From Bacilli bacterium (GTDB lineage Bacteria > Bacillota_I > Bacilli_A > RF39 > UBA660), in NCBI GenBank assembly GCA_017450205.1, contig JAFSVF010000024.1, positions 7,996-71,995 on the forward strand: DNA of 64,000 bases, in the 5' to 3' direction. Within the stretch, counting starts at the first letter, position 1. Each line of letters starts with the position of its first letter. Shown piece after piece: positions 18,219 through 26,400 of this stretch. The notes beneath the pieces were generated by a model. The model was not told the DNA's origin. It did not search any database and worked only from the letters and a program-made list of their open reading frames with translations. The position numbers and the translations under genes are program-made.

Positions 18219-19127
18219 TTATACATCTAAAAGTGCTAATATAATTACCCCAATAAGTACTAGAAATATACAACCATATTCTTTTTTGGATAGTTTTTCT
18301 TTTAAAAATACTCTTGATAATAACATAGATAATACACAATAACTACCAATAATAGGAGCAGCTACAGTAGAATTACCACTCATTGCAGTTACATAGAATA
18401 TTTCTCCAGCTGTTTCAAATAAAGCAGCAGCTAGTTTTACTTTTTCTTTAATAATAGAAAAGTTTTCTTTCTTTATTTTTAAATAGATAAATGTAACCAA
18501 GCCATATAAAGCAAATGTGTATTCATATGCAATTAAAGAAGCAGTCTCTCCAATTAATTCTAATTTATCTAAATAAATTCCATCTAAAAAAGTACCTAAT
18601 CCATCAAGTAAACAATAACCTAAAGGAAAAAGTATAGTTAAAGTTAATATTTTTTGAAAAGTATTCTTTTTATTAAATTCTTTTCTTTCTTTTTTATTTT
18701 CATTTAAACCAATAATAGATAAACAAATAATTCCTATAAAAATAGAAACCAATGCTATATAGAATGGAAAATCATAATGTTCTTTAAAGAAAATAATAAA
18801 TAATAAAGCTACTATAACACCACTAGTATTCTGAATAGGACTAGAAATAGATAATTCTAAATATTTAAGACCTCTATAACCAATTACCATACTAGCAATA
18901 TAACAAAATGATACTGGCAAATACTTAATAATATCTAGTATTTGAATATTAGTATGAGTAGTAAGTAATAAGTATGTACCATGAATACCCATTACTAGAC
19001 CAACCATGATACCAGTCTTTAAATGATTTCTATTACCTTCTCCTCTATTTCCTAATTTATAAAATAAATCAGCAATTCCCCAAAATAAAAATGTTAATAA
19101 TGTAGCTATAGCTTGCATATCTTTCAC
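18219..19127 (-). CDS. DMT/EamA-family transporter
   Basis: About 10 TM helices with duplicated EamA-like halves. Confidence 0.7.
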   Translation of the reverse strand: MKDMQAIATLLTFLFWGIADLFYKLGNRGEGNRNHLKTGIMVGLVMGIHGTYLLLTTHTNIQILDIIKYLPVSFCYIASMVIGYRGLKYLELSISSPIQNTSGVIVALLFIIFFKEHYDFPFYIALVSIFIGIICLSIIGLNENKKERKEFNKKNTFQKILTLTILFPLGYCLLDGLGTFLDGIYLDKLELIGETASLIAYEYTFALYGLVTFIYLKIKKENFSIIKEKVKLAAALFETAGEIFYVTAMSGNSTVAAPIIGSYCVLSMLLSRVFLKEKLSKKEYGCIFLVLIGVIILALLDV

Positions 19128-19171
19128 CCATAAGAATTATAACATAAAAAAATAATAAAATTATAATTTTA

Positions 19172-19651
19172 CTATTTCTTTAATATATATCCTTTATCTT
19201 TTACCATATTCATAAATGCTTCTTGCCAGGTATTAAATATTGCCGCATATTTAAGAGAATCTTGGGATTCTTTTCCTTTTAAATATTCCTGTACTTTCTC
19301 ATTTAAATATGGCTCAAATTCTTCATAAATAGAATTATCTATACTTAATCCATTACCAAATCCCATATATAAATGTTTATATTTACCATTATATAACTCA
19401 TCTTTAAGATGCTTCAAAGTATCTAACCACTTAGGAAACTGATTCAATGCGTCGTCATATGAAATATCTACTTTTTGTCCTTCTTTTCTATACATCCAGC
19501 CATCTAATCGATATATCTTATATTCATTATCTTGCCTAATAATAAATGTCGAACCATCTTCATCCCCCATTCTTCCAGGATTAGTAATGAACATGACATC
19601 ATCTTCATTAATTTTTAGAAACTCTTCTTTTGAAATTTTATGTTCTACCAT
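19172..19651 (-). CDS. hypothetical protein
   Basis: 159-aa ORF. No motif recognised. Confidence 0.4.
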   Translation of the reverse strand: MVEHKISKEEFLKINEDDVMFITNPGRMGDEDGSTFIIRQDNEYKIYRLDGWMYRKEGQKVDISYDDALNQFPKWLDTLKHLKDELYNGKYKHLYMGFGNGLSIDNSIYEEFEPYLNEKVQEYLKGKESQDSLKYAAIFNTWQEAFMNMVKDKGYILKK

Positions 19652-19765
19652 TAAATCACCTACTATATTATTAAATTCTTAAATCAAATATTATATATTG
19701 CTGTTAAATTACTTTTCTTTTCATAATTATCTCCTTATAATTATTAGTTTACAACACTATATATA

Positions 19766-20269
19766 TTAATCAGTAGAGGATGCAAGTATTATTACATATC
19801 TATTCAATAATTTATCATAAATTGATATAGCAGCAGCACCCCACCATTCTAAACCATCATCAAAATAATTAGACCATTCCACATTCCAGTCATATATTTC
19901 TAAATTATCTTTTCCTTTAGGAAATAAAATATTATTTATTTTAATAAAATCTTCTATTTTATAATTTGTCTTATGAGGTGGATCTAGAAATAAAAACCAA
20001 TATGGTCTTTTGTATCCATTATCTATATTTTTTCTTTCTTTTTCATAATCTTTTGGTAATTGAAATAGTTCTTTTGGATCAATTTCTTTATATAACATTT
20101 TATCTTTATCTATTGTTATAAAATCATCGTCTTCTTTTATTTTATTCATAGCATATAACAAAACATCTTTATGATTTAAGTTGCTTTCTATTATAAAATA
20201 ATTTAGCACACATCTATTATACTTTTTATATTCTATAAAGAATGGATCATTTATTAATTCTTTAATCAT
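19766..20269 (-). CDS. hypothetical protein (last gene of the rlmD-remnant array)
   Basis: 167-aa ORF preceded by remnant F and an AAGGATG SD. Confidence 0.45.
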   Translation of the reverse strand: MIKELINDPFFIEYKKYNRCVLNYFIIESNLNHKDVLLYAMNKIKEDDDFITIDKDKMLYKEIDPKELFQLPKDYEKERKNIDNGYKRPYWFLFLDPPHKTNYKIEDFIKINNILFPKGKDNLEIYDWNVEWSNYFDDGLEWWGAAAISIYDKLLNRYVIILASSTD

Positions 20270-20297
20270 TTTTTCACATCCTTATTTTATCTCTTCT

Positions 20298-20415
20298 TAA
20301 ATATAGTGATATTTTCGTAATGCATGTCCTAGGACGAAGAACATATCATCAACCCTCGTTCTAAGTCAACAGAAGTTATTCTTAAACACCTAGAACCATA
20401 CCATTTCTAGGGTGA
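20298..20415 (-). pseudogene. decayed copy F of an rlmD/rumA 3' end
   Basis: Minus strand ..TTGACTTAGAACGAGGGTTGATGATATGTTCTTCGTCCTAGGACATGCATTACG.. aligns base-for-base with copy B over most positions. Reads YVLRPRT.., then decays. Confidence 0.5.
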
Positions 20416-20440
20416 AGATAATATCAATATCATTAAATTA

Positions 20441-20449
20441 ATTATAGCA
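20441..20449 (-). promoter_or_regulatory. extended -10 (TGCTATAAT) upstream of remnant F
   Basis: Follows the hairpin AGCAGAGTAAAATCTGTTTTTT. Confidence 0.4.
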
Positions 20450-20652
20450 TACAAAAAACAGATTTTACTCTGCTTTTTATATAACTATTAATTACATTTC
20501 AATTATTACTGTTTCATCTTTTAAATATTTCAAATTTCTTATTTTTATTTACTCTATTAATGATAATGTTAATATCTATATGTTAATTGATTCTTTAGAA
20601 TTATATAAACATAAAAAAAACTACTATTTCTAGTAATTCTTTTTTCATATTA

Positions 20653-21303
20653 TTAAATACTTCTTCCTTCTATTTTAGTATCAGGTTCTTCACTATTTTC
20701 ATTAATCATTTCTCTTAAATCACTATTTAGCATAGCTTCTAATTCTTTAGAAGGAGAATCAATTATTCCAGCAGTTATGGTATAACCCCTACCTTCATGT
20801 ACAATTTTTTGATCAGAAATTCCCTTTTTAGGACTTATTTTACATGCTTTTTCTATATCAACTGGAACTCCTCTTCTTAATAACTCTTCAATAATAGGAA
20901 ACTTACTATCAATGGTAGTGTAATTATCTCCAGTTCTTATAATTTTAGCAAAAGTAGGAGATAATGTTTCATAATGATCAAATATACTTTCAGCACTGTT
21001 ATATATAGTATCATCAGTATATTTTAATGCTTCTTCACGAGAGATTTCTGCGCCATTATTTTGTGCATATTCCATTAGTTTATTTGCCACTAAATCTCTA
21101 TCAGGCATTTTTTCACTTAACGTGTAACCAGTATTTGAATCATGAATTACACAAACACCTAAATTAGCTGCTATATCTTTAAGATCCTTTCCTGGCTGTG
21201 AACAAACACATTCCATAAAATAATTAATCAAGTCTAAATCTATATCTTCAAGATTAGTTGAGCCTGAATGTATATACCATTCTGGGTTTTTATAATATCC
21301 CAT
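20653..21303 (-). CDS. hypothetical protein (array cassette)
   Basis: 216-aa ORF with an AAAGGAGGAA SD. Confidence 0.45.
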   Translation of the reverse strand: MGYYKNPEWYIHSGSTNLEDIDLDLINYFMECVCSQPGKDLKDIAANLGVCVIHDSNTGYTLSEKMPDRDLVANKLMEYAQNNGAEISREEALKYTDDTIYNSAESIFDHYETLSPTFAKIIRTGDNYTTIDSKFPIIEELLRRGVPVDIEKACKISPKKGISDQKIVHEGRGYTITAGIIDSPSKELEAMLNSDLREMINENSEEPDTKIEGRSI

Positions 21304-21408
21304 ATATATATTCCTCCTTTACATTATTATAAATAGTATTTCATTATTTTACAATCACTTTTTCATGACTATTAAATTCTTCTTTCATCATTTGATAAAT
21401 TTTATTTC

Positions 21409-21480
21409 TTTCTTCCTTTGTAAAACTGTGATGGACTCGTAGTGGCTTGACCATGGTTGTTTGCGTATTAAGAATAATTG
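21409..21480 (-). pseudogene. decayed copy E of the rlmD 3' end (internally deleted)
   Basis: CACTACGAGTCCATCACAGTTTTACAAAGGAAG encodes HYESITVLQRK. The 5' part AATACGCAAACAACCATGG matches copy C (GATACGCAATCAACCCTGG). The middle ~70 nt is missing. Confidence 0.6.
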
Positions 21481-21482
21481 AT

Positions 21483-22388
21483 TCACTTTTTTTCTTCTAA
21501 GCTTTTTCTAAATTCTACCTCAAATTCATTTATTGAAGTATATCTATTATTTCTATCATAATTTGTAGCCTTTAATAGCACATTATATGTTTTAGTATTT
21601 AATTCAAATTCTTCTAAATCATTAGGAATAAACATCCCTATTTCATATCTTTTATCATTATTACTTACATTGCTAAATATATCAAAAATAATTGCTCCTA
21701 GAGTAAATTCATTTGTTAATTCATCAATAGTTGCCCCTAACTCATTTTCTTCAGGAGCTTTAAGTCTTTTAGTACCATAATAATCTTTTCCTAAATCATT
21801 TTTAGTTGGAAGTTTTCTAAATAAATCTATATCACAAAAAGTTGCTTCTTCTTTTTCAAAATTATAAATGATACTACTATCATAGAAATCTACAGCAACA
21901 TATCCAGCATTAATAAATGTTTCAAAAAAAGAAAATAGTTTATATACAACATCTAATCTTTTACTAATCTCTAATTTTTTAAATTTTTGTATAGGTGTTA
22001 TTAAAGTTGAATCATTTTTATACTTTTCAAAATTCCAATGATCAAATAAACACTCTCCATCCGCATATTCAAATATAACTGCAAAGAATTCATTAATATC
22101 AAACGAATCTATATACTTAATCAAATTTTGATGATGAATACTTTTATATTTTTCTACTGCATCTTTTAATAAATCTATTGACTCTTGTTCTGAAATTTCA
22201 GCTTCTACCGTTTTAGCTCCAGCTATTTTTATAAAATACTTCTTATTATCTTTCTGAACCCCAAATGATATGCATCCACTTCCAGTTTCATCTATTACTG
22301 AAAAAACAATTCCATAATCATTTATCCAGGAAAAATCTTGATATTCTTTTAATTTAAATTCTATATTATCTATTTTACATTTAACCAT
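21483..22388 (-). CDS. protein-kinase-like fold protein (degenerate catalytic motifs)
   Basis: Start moved to M36 (GAAAGGAAATAATT-ATG). ETGSGCISFG, FIKIAG, a VDFYDSSIIYN loop, CDIDLF and a LKAPEE (APE-like) motif. Confidence 0.45.
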   Translation of the reverse strand: MVKCKIDNIEFKLKEYQDFSWINDYGIVFSVIDETGSGCISFGVQKDNKKYFIKIAGAKTVEAEISEQESIDLLKDAVEKYKSIHHQNLIKYIDSFDINEFFAVIFEYADGECLFDHWNFEKYKNDSTLITPIQKFKKLEISKRLDVVYKLFSFFETFINAGYVAVDFYDSSIIYNFEKEEATFCDIDLFRKLPTKNDLGKDYYGTKRLKAPEENELGATIDELTNEFTLGAIIFDIFSNVSNNDKRYEIGMFIPNDLEEFELNTKTYNVLLKATNYDRNNRYTSINEFEVEFRKSLEEKK

Positions 22389-22390
22389 AA

Positions 22391-22530
22391 TTATTTCCTT
22401 TCTAATACCGTGACACTCTCGCAATGGGTTGTACTTGTACGATCGCCATGTCAAAAAATAGTGTTCTTGTACGATGACATAGTGACAACACATATTCTAC
22501 TCAGGGTAGTTCTTGTATGATTGCTATGTC
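22391..22530 (-). pseudogene. decayed copy D of the rlmD 3' end with internal sub-duplications
   Basis: CATTGCGAGAGTGTCACGGTATTAGAAAGGAAATAA encodes HCESVTVLERK*. GACATGGCGATCGTACAAGTAC recurs as GACATAGCAATCATACAAGAAC and as GTCATCGTACAAGAAC. Confidence 0.65.
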
Positions 22531-22606
22531 ATTTTTTAATTACATATATATGACTCTACTTTAATTATAATACACACATTCAGCACAACTCATATACAGA
22601 AATAAT

Positions 22607-23467
22607 TTATATGATTTTTTCTTTTTTAAGATAATCCTCAAGTATTTTAATGTTATCATTAATATTATCCTTTTCTTCCGGATCTTCTACTGAAATATAA
22701 CTTATAGTTATTAATAAATTATTATATTTAATAACATAATATTTATTGAATTCAACTACTTTATGTACATATTCACTTACTTCACCATTAGCATTCTTAT
22801 AATTATTTAAAAATTTATAATCATCCTCTTCTACATATTTACATTCACTCACATAATCATCATCAATGCTATTATTTCCATTTTCATATTCATATATACG
22901 AATTGTAAAACCATAGTTACTAAACAAAACCCCATTCTTATAATTCTTTACTGCATCAGTATTATTATGTGTTAAATTATACCAACTATATTCATCATCA
23001 TTATCATATAATTTAATAATATTATATAAGAGTTTTTCACAATCATTCTTATTTTTGTCTGGATATATTTCTTTAGCTGTATATTTATATTTATTATTAT
23101 CATTTTTTTCAAACAAATATTTTTTACCATTAACTTTAACTATACTACCTTGATATTCAATATTTAACTTTTCATTACCATTTGCATCATAATAAATATA
23201 TTTTTCAGGCCATAAACCAGATGATTTATTACTATTACCATATTCACCATATAATCCATTTAAGATAAAATCATCATTTCTTCTTCCCTTAATATACAAG
23301 TCATTTAAATCTACGTTAACCAGTTTAGATAGATCTTGATATTCAACAACATTATTTGCTTTATACATAAATAATATAAAACATATTATTAAGAAAAAGC
23401 CACCTATTCCTCCCATTAATAAATATTTAATTTTTCCGTTACTATTTTCTAAATTATTCATTTTCAT
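22607..23467 (-). CDS. membrane-anchored hypothetical protein (array cassette)
   Basis: 286 aa with an N-terminal TM helix. Rich in N, Y, K and D. Confidence 0.5.
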   Translation of the reverse strand: MKMNNLENSNGKIKYLLMGGIGGFFLIICFILFMYKANNVVEYQDLSKLVNVDLNDLYIKGRRNDDFILNGLYGEYGNSNKSSGLWPEKYIYYDANGNEKLNIEYQGSIVKVNGKKYLFEKNDNNKYKYTAKEIYPDKNKNDCEKLLYNIIKLYDNDDEYSWYNLTHNNTDAVKNYKNGVLFSNYGFTIRIYEYENGNNSIDDDYVSECKYVEEDDYKFLNNYKNANGEVSEYVHKVVEFNKYYVIKYNNLLITISYISVEDPEEKDNINDNIKILEDYLKKEKII

Positions 23468-23478
23468 TTCTCCTTTTT

Positions 23479-23621
23479 TTATTCTTTCTTTCTAAAATTG
23501 CGATGTCCTCGCAATGGGTGGACACCTATTCAGGAATAGATCATTTAACCATGTTTCATATTTAAAAACATGTTCCTATACATAAAACTGCCAGGGTTGA
23601 TTGCGTATCAGGAACATATGC
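23479..23621 (-). pseudogene. decayed copy C of the rlmD 3' end (near full ~143 nt)
   Basis: CATTGCGAGGACATCGCAATTTTAGAAAGAAAGAATAA encodes HCEDIAILERKN*. The upstream part is interrupted by stops. Its length equals the last ~47 codons of intact rlmD. Confidence 0.65.
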
Positions 23622-23640
23622 TTTTTTCATTTCTAATTAT

Positions 23641-23649
23641 ATTATAACA
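23641..23649 (-). promoter_or_regulatory. extended -10 (TGTTATAAT) upstream of remnant C
   Basis: Directly after the hairpin AAGCAGATGAAAAAAATCTGCTT that follows the HTH gene. Confidence 0.5.
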
Positions 23650-23700
23650 TACAAAAGCAGATTTTTTTCATCTGCTTAGTTGTTCTTAAAAGAGAAAACA

Positions 23701-24330
23701 TTACGATTGTTTATTTTTTGTTAAGACTTTCTTATGCCAACATTTTTTGTTACAATTCGGACATTTCATTCGCCATATGCCACCTTTAGTTATTCCACTA
23801 ATACCAAAAAACATTTGATTAAAAGTTGGAATATATTGGTGCTTACATTCTTGGCATTCATAATATCCTGTTTTTCGGATGATATTAAGATTGTATACTC
23901 CGAATAAAAGCAACATTACTAAAGCAAGTGCCATAATTGTGTTTCTTATTTCCATAGGCATTTCAATAAGTATTGTTGAAAGAACTATTAATAAATATAT
24001 AACAACTCCAAGAAATGTTATGATTCTATTTAAAATAAGAATTTTCTTATTTTTGCTTTCTATTTCACGCCTCATCTCTAAAAGATTTTCCTCTGCTTGT
24101 TCATTGTAAGATTCTTTTATAATTTTCTTTGCTGATAATAGTTCATTGACATTAATATCAAGCAACTTACATAACTCTAACATAATTCCAGCATCAGGCA
24201 TAGATCTTCCATTTTCCCAATGTGAAATTGCTCTATCAGTAATATTTAGTTTCTTAGCTAATTCTTGTTGAGTCATATTTTTTTCTTTTCTTACCTTAGC
24301 AATAAATTTTCCTATTTTTTCTTGATTCAT
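23701..24330 (-). CDS. membrane-tethered XRE-family HTH protein with C-terminal CxxC...CxxC zinc-ribbon
   Basis: Start moved to M8 (GGAGG SD). MTQQELAKKLNITDRAISHWENG HTH, two TM helices, then CQEC..CPNC. Confidence 0.7.
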   Translation of the reverse strand: MNQEKIGKFIAKVRKEKNMTQQELAKKLNITDRAISHWENGRSMPDAGIMLELCKLLDINVNELLSAKKIIKESYNEQAEENLLEMRREIESKNKKILILNRIITFLGVVIYLLIVLSTILIEMPMEIRNTIMALALVMLLLFGVYNLNIIRKTGYYECQECKHQYIPTFNQMFFGISGITKGGIWRMKCPNCNKKCWHKKVLTKNKQS

Positions 24331-24429
24331 AATTATACCTCCTCTATTCAAAATTGATTATAATATAAAAATTACTAATTGTATCCACAGTGTTAGTAGA
24401 GTTTCAAATAATTTTAATATGCACTATTA

Positions 24430-24448
24430 TATGAAAATGTTTTTCATA
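24430..24448. promoter_or_regulatory. candidate operator palindrome upstream of the HTH gene
   Basis: TATGAAAA-TGT-TTTTCATA, a perfect 8-bp inverted repeat. Confidence 0.25.
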
Positions 24449-24484
24449 CTAATTATGACCTATTCCCTATAACATAGTTAAATA

Positions 24485-24527
24485 CTAAAAAATCCCTTTT
24501 TTTAATTATTTTTAGCAAAAAGGGATT
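24485..24527 (-). terminator. rho-independent terminator just after remnant B
   Basis: AATCCCTTTTT-loop-AAAAAGGGATT followed by TTTTT on the minus strand. Confidence 0.65.
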
Positions 24528-24557
24528 ATAAATATTTTTAAATAATATAACTTTTCC

Positions 24558-24690
24558 TTATTTTTCAATGGTTTTACGACATAGTACTGATACAGTTTCA
24601 ACATGCCCTGTCCTGGGGCGAAGAACATATCGTTTAACCTAGTTCTAGGTCAATAGAATATGTTTCCCAGTACAAGTTTTAACAATTACA
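24558..24690 (-). pseudogene. decayed copy B of an rlmD/rumA 3' end
   Basis: In the frame ending at TAA it reads YVLRPRTGHVETVSVLCRKTIEK*. The intact gene ends NMFPRTYHCESIVVLERK*. A 5-nt insertion after GATATGTT shifts the frame, and there are stops upstream. Confidence 0.7.
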
Positions 24691-24693
24691 TTT

Positions 24694-25224
24694 TTATTTT
24701 CCAAAAGAACATAGTGAATTTCCTTTTTCAGAAACATAACAATTCCAATAACTATAACCAACTTCTACATAACCATTTTGAAAAGCGTTGGCATACATTC
24801 CATAAGCACTACAATGAATATTGGTATCTGAAATTGTACAATTATTACTATCAAATATTTTTAATAAAACATTTTTATTATGTTCATAATATGATGAATC
24901 AGCTCCTTTTAATGAAACCATATTATTATCAATAATAAATTCAACATAACTTTCTTTTACAATATCATTTTTTATAATGTGCTTATAATACATTTTCTTA
25001 TTGTTAAAATCTTTTATAGCAACTTCACTTGACTTGTATTGTTTTATACTACTTGGAATTTTTTTACCAATTGTAATCAGCTTATCACAATGATCTTTTC
25101 CTTCACAATAGTTTATTGTATATATAGTACCAGTAAAACCATTTTTTTCACTTTTTCTATTATATAGAAATATTATTATTGAAATTAATACTATAATTGT
25201 TATTATAATAATTATTTTCTTCAT
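24694..25224 (-). CDS. membrane-anchored Cys-containing hypothetical protein (first cassette)
   Basis: 176 aa with an N-terminal TM helix. Its ATG lies 2 nt after the rlmD stop, and its SD (GAAAGGAAG) is formed by the last rlmD codons. Confidence 0.5.
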   Translation of the reverse strand: MKKIIIIITIIVLISIIIFLYNRKSEKNGFTGTIYTINYCEGKDHCDKLITIGKKIPSSIKQYKSSEVAIKDFNNKKMYYKHIIKNDIVKESYVEFIIDNNMVSLKGADSSYYEHNKNVLLKIFDSNNCTISDTNIHCSAYGMYANAFQNGYVEVGYSYWNCYVSEKGNSLCSFGK

Positions 25225-25226
25225 CT

Positions 25227-26327
25227 TTACTTCCTTTCTAAAACTACGATGGACTCACAATGATATGTCCTGGGAAACATATTAACTGGAGTTACTTCTA
25301 ATATATCAAAATTAGTATTTAATTCATTTAAATCTCTTGACAATGTAGCTGGATCACATGATACATAAATTATTTTTTCAGGATTAATTTCTATTAAATA
25401 CTTAATTGTCTTAGAATCAAGTCCTGCTCTTGGAGGATCTATAATTACTAAATTAACATCTTTAAAAGTATCAATCTTATTCTCTACTTTATCACAAATA
25501 AAACTTATATTATTAGTATTATTTAATTCAATATTTCTATTCGCATCTTTAATATTAGATTCACTATAATCTATTCCAATAACACTATCTACTAAATCAC
25601 TAATATATATTCCTATAGTACCAGTACCACAATATAAATCCAAACAATTAGAATACTTCTTATTAATAGATTTTCTAACTAAATCATATAATTCTTTAGT
25701 TAAATATTTATTTACTTGAAAGAATGAATCTATAGATAAATAATATTTCTTATCTCCAATACTAGTAATAATAGAATTATTACCATTCATTAACACCTCA
25801 CTACTATCATTACTACTTCTAATTACTATTTCATTACTATCTGCTTTAATATTCTTAATATTATTATTAATTACTTTATCAAGTAATAAACAATTATCAA
25901 TAGGAATAATATTCTTAGTACCTTTAGCAAAGTATCCTATTTTACCTTTACTTTTATGAAAAGTAACTTTATTACGATAGTTATTTTCCGGTCCAGAGAT
26001 AATACTATTTACTTTTACATTTAATTTACCTATATGATTTAATAAATCTTTTACTTTTTCTTCTTTGAAAAGATTTTCTTTTTCATAACTTAAATGTCTT
26101 AAACTACAACCACCACATAAATCATAATAAGGACAATCTACTTTAATTCTATCTTTACTAGGTTCAATAATAGATACTACTTTAGCTTCTATATATTTAG
26201 ACTTTTCTTTAATTATATCTATATCTACTATTTCTCCAGGTAAGGCATTCTCAACAAAACAAATTCTATTATTAAGATATGTAATACCTCTACCAAAATT
26301 ATCTAGTTTTTCTATTTTAACTCTCAT
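25227..26327 (-). CDS. rlmD: 23S rRNA (uracil-5)-methyltransferase, RlmD/RumA family
   Basis: TRAM-like N-terminus, CPYYDLCGGCSLRH Fe-S cysteines, a DLYCGTGTIG SAM motif and IDPPRAG. Start moved to M7 because the TATAAT box overlaps the first ATG and GAGGGA precedes M7. Confidence 0.85.
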   Translation of the reverse strand: MRVKIEKLDNFGRGITYLNNRICFVENALPGEIVDIDIIKEKSKYIEAKVVSIIEPSKDRIKVDCPYYDLCGGCSLRHLSYEKENLFKEEKVKDLLNHIGKLNVKVNSIISGPENNYRNKVTFHKSKGKIGYFAKGTKNIIPIDNCLLLDKVINNNIKNIKADSNEIVIRSSNDSSEVLMNGNNSIITSIGDKKYYLSIDSFFQVNKYLTKELYDLVRKSINKKYSNCLDLYCGTGTIGIYISDLVDSVIGIDYSESNIKDANRNIELNNTNNISFICDKVENKIDTFKDVNLVIIDPPRAGLDSKTIKYLIEINPEKIIYVSCDPATLSRDLNELNTNFDILEVTPVNMFPRTYHCESIVVLERK

Positions 26328-26400
26328 ATTATCCCTCAAAAACATTATAGCATAAATACATATAAATATAATTAGTATCCATACTAATAATGGTGATTTT

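Noticed and set aside
19704-19724. Mini-ORF MKRKVI* with a perfect TAAGGAGATAATT SD upstream of 19172-19651
   Set aside because: It could be a leader peptide or the stump of a lost gene. There is no attenuator structure or conserved context that I can see.
20420-20650. About 230 nt without an ORF between two hairpins in the array (possible sRNA or empty cassette with TATAAT at about 20600)
   Set aside because: Both hairpins are short, AT-rich and imperfect, and the promoter is only a bare -10. The evidence is too weak without expression data.
22389-22493. First 35 codons of track ORF 21483-22493 (MCCHYVIVQEHYF...)
   Set aside because: This is read-through of rlmD remnant D. A proper SD + ATG occurs at 22388.
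24660-24935. Plus-strand ORF 24660-24935
   Set aside because: It is antisense to cassette gene 24694-25224, has an N/Y/H-rich low-complexity translation, and has no SD.
25263-25282. Inverted repeat ATATGT-CCTGGGAA-ACATAT inside the intact rlmD 3' end, as a possible recombinase core site
   Set aside because: It is attractive given the cassette array, but a 6-bp AT-rich inverted repeat is expected by chance in this genome. I also cannot place the crossover point from the decayed copies.
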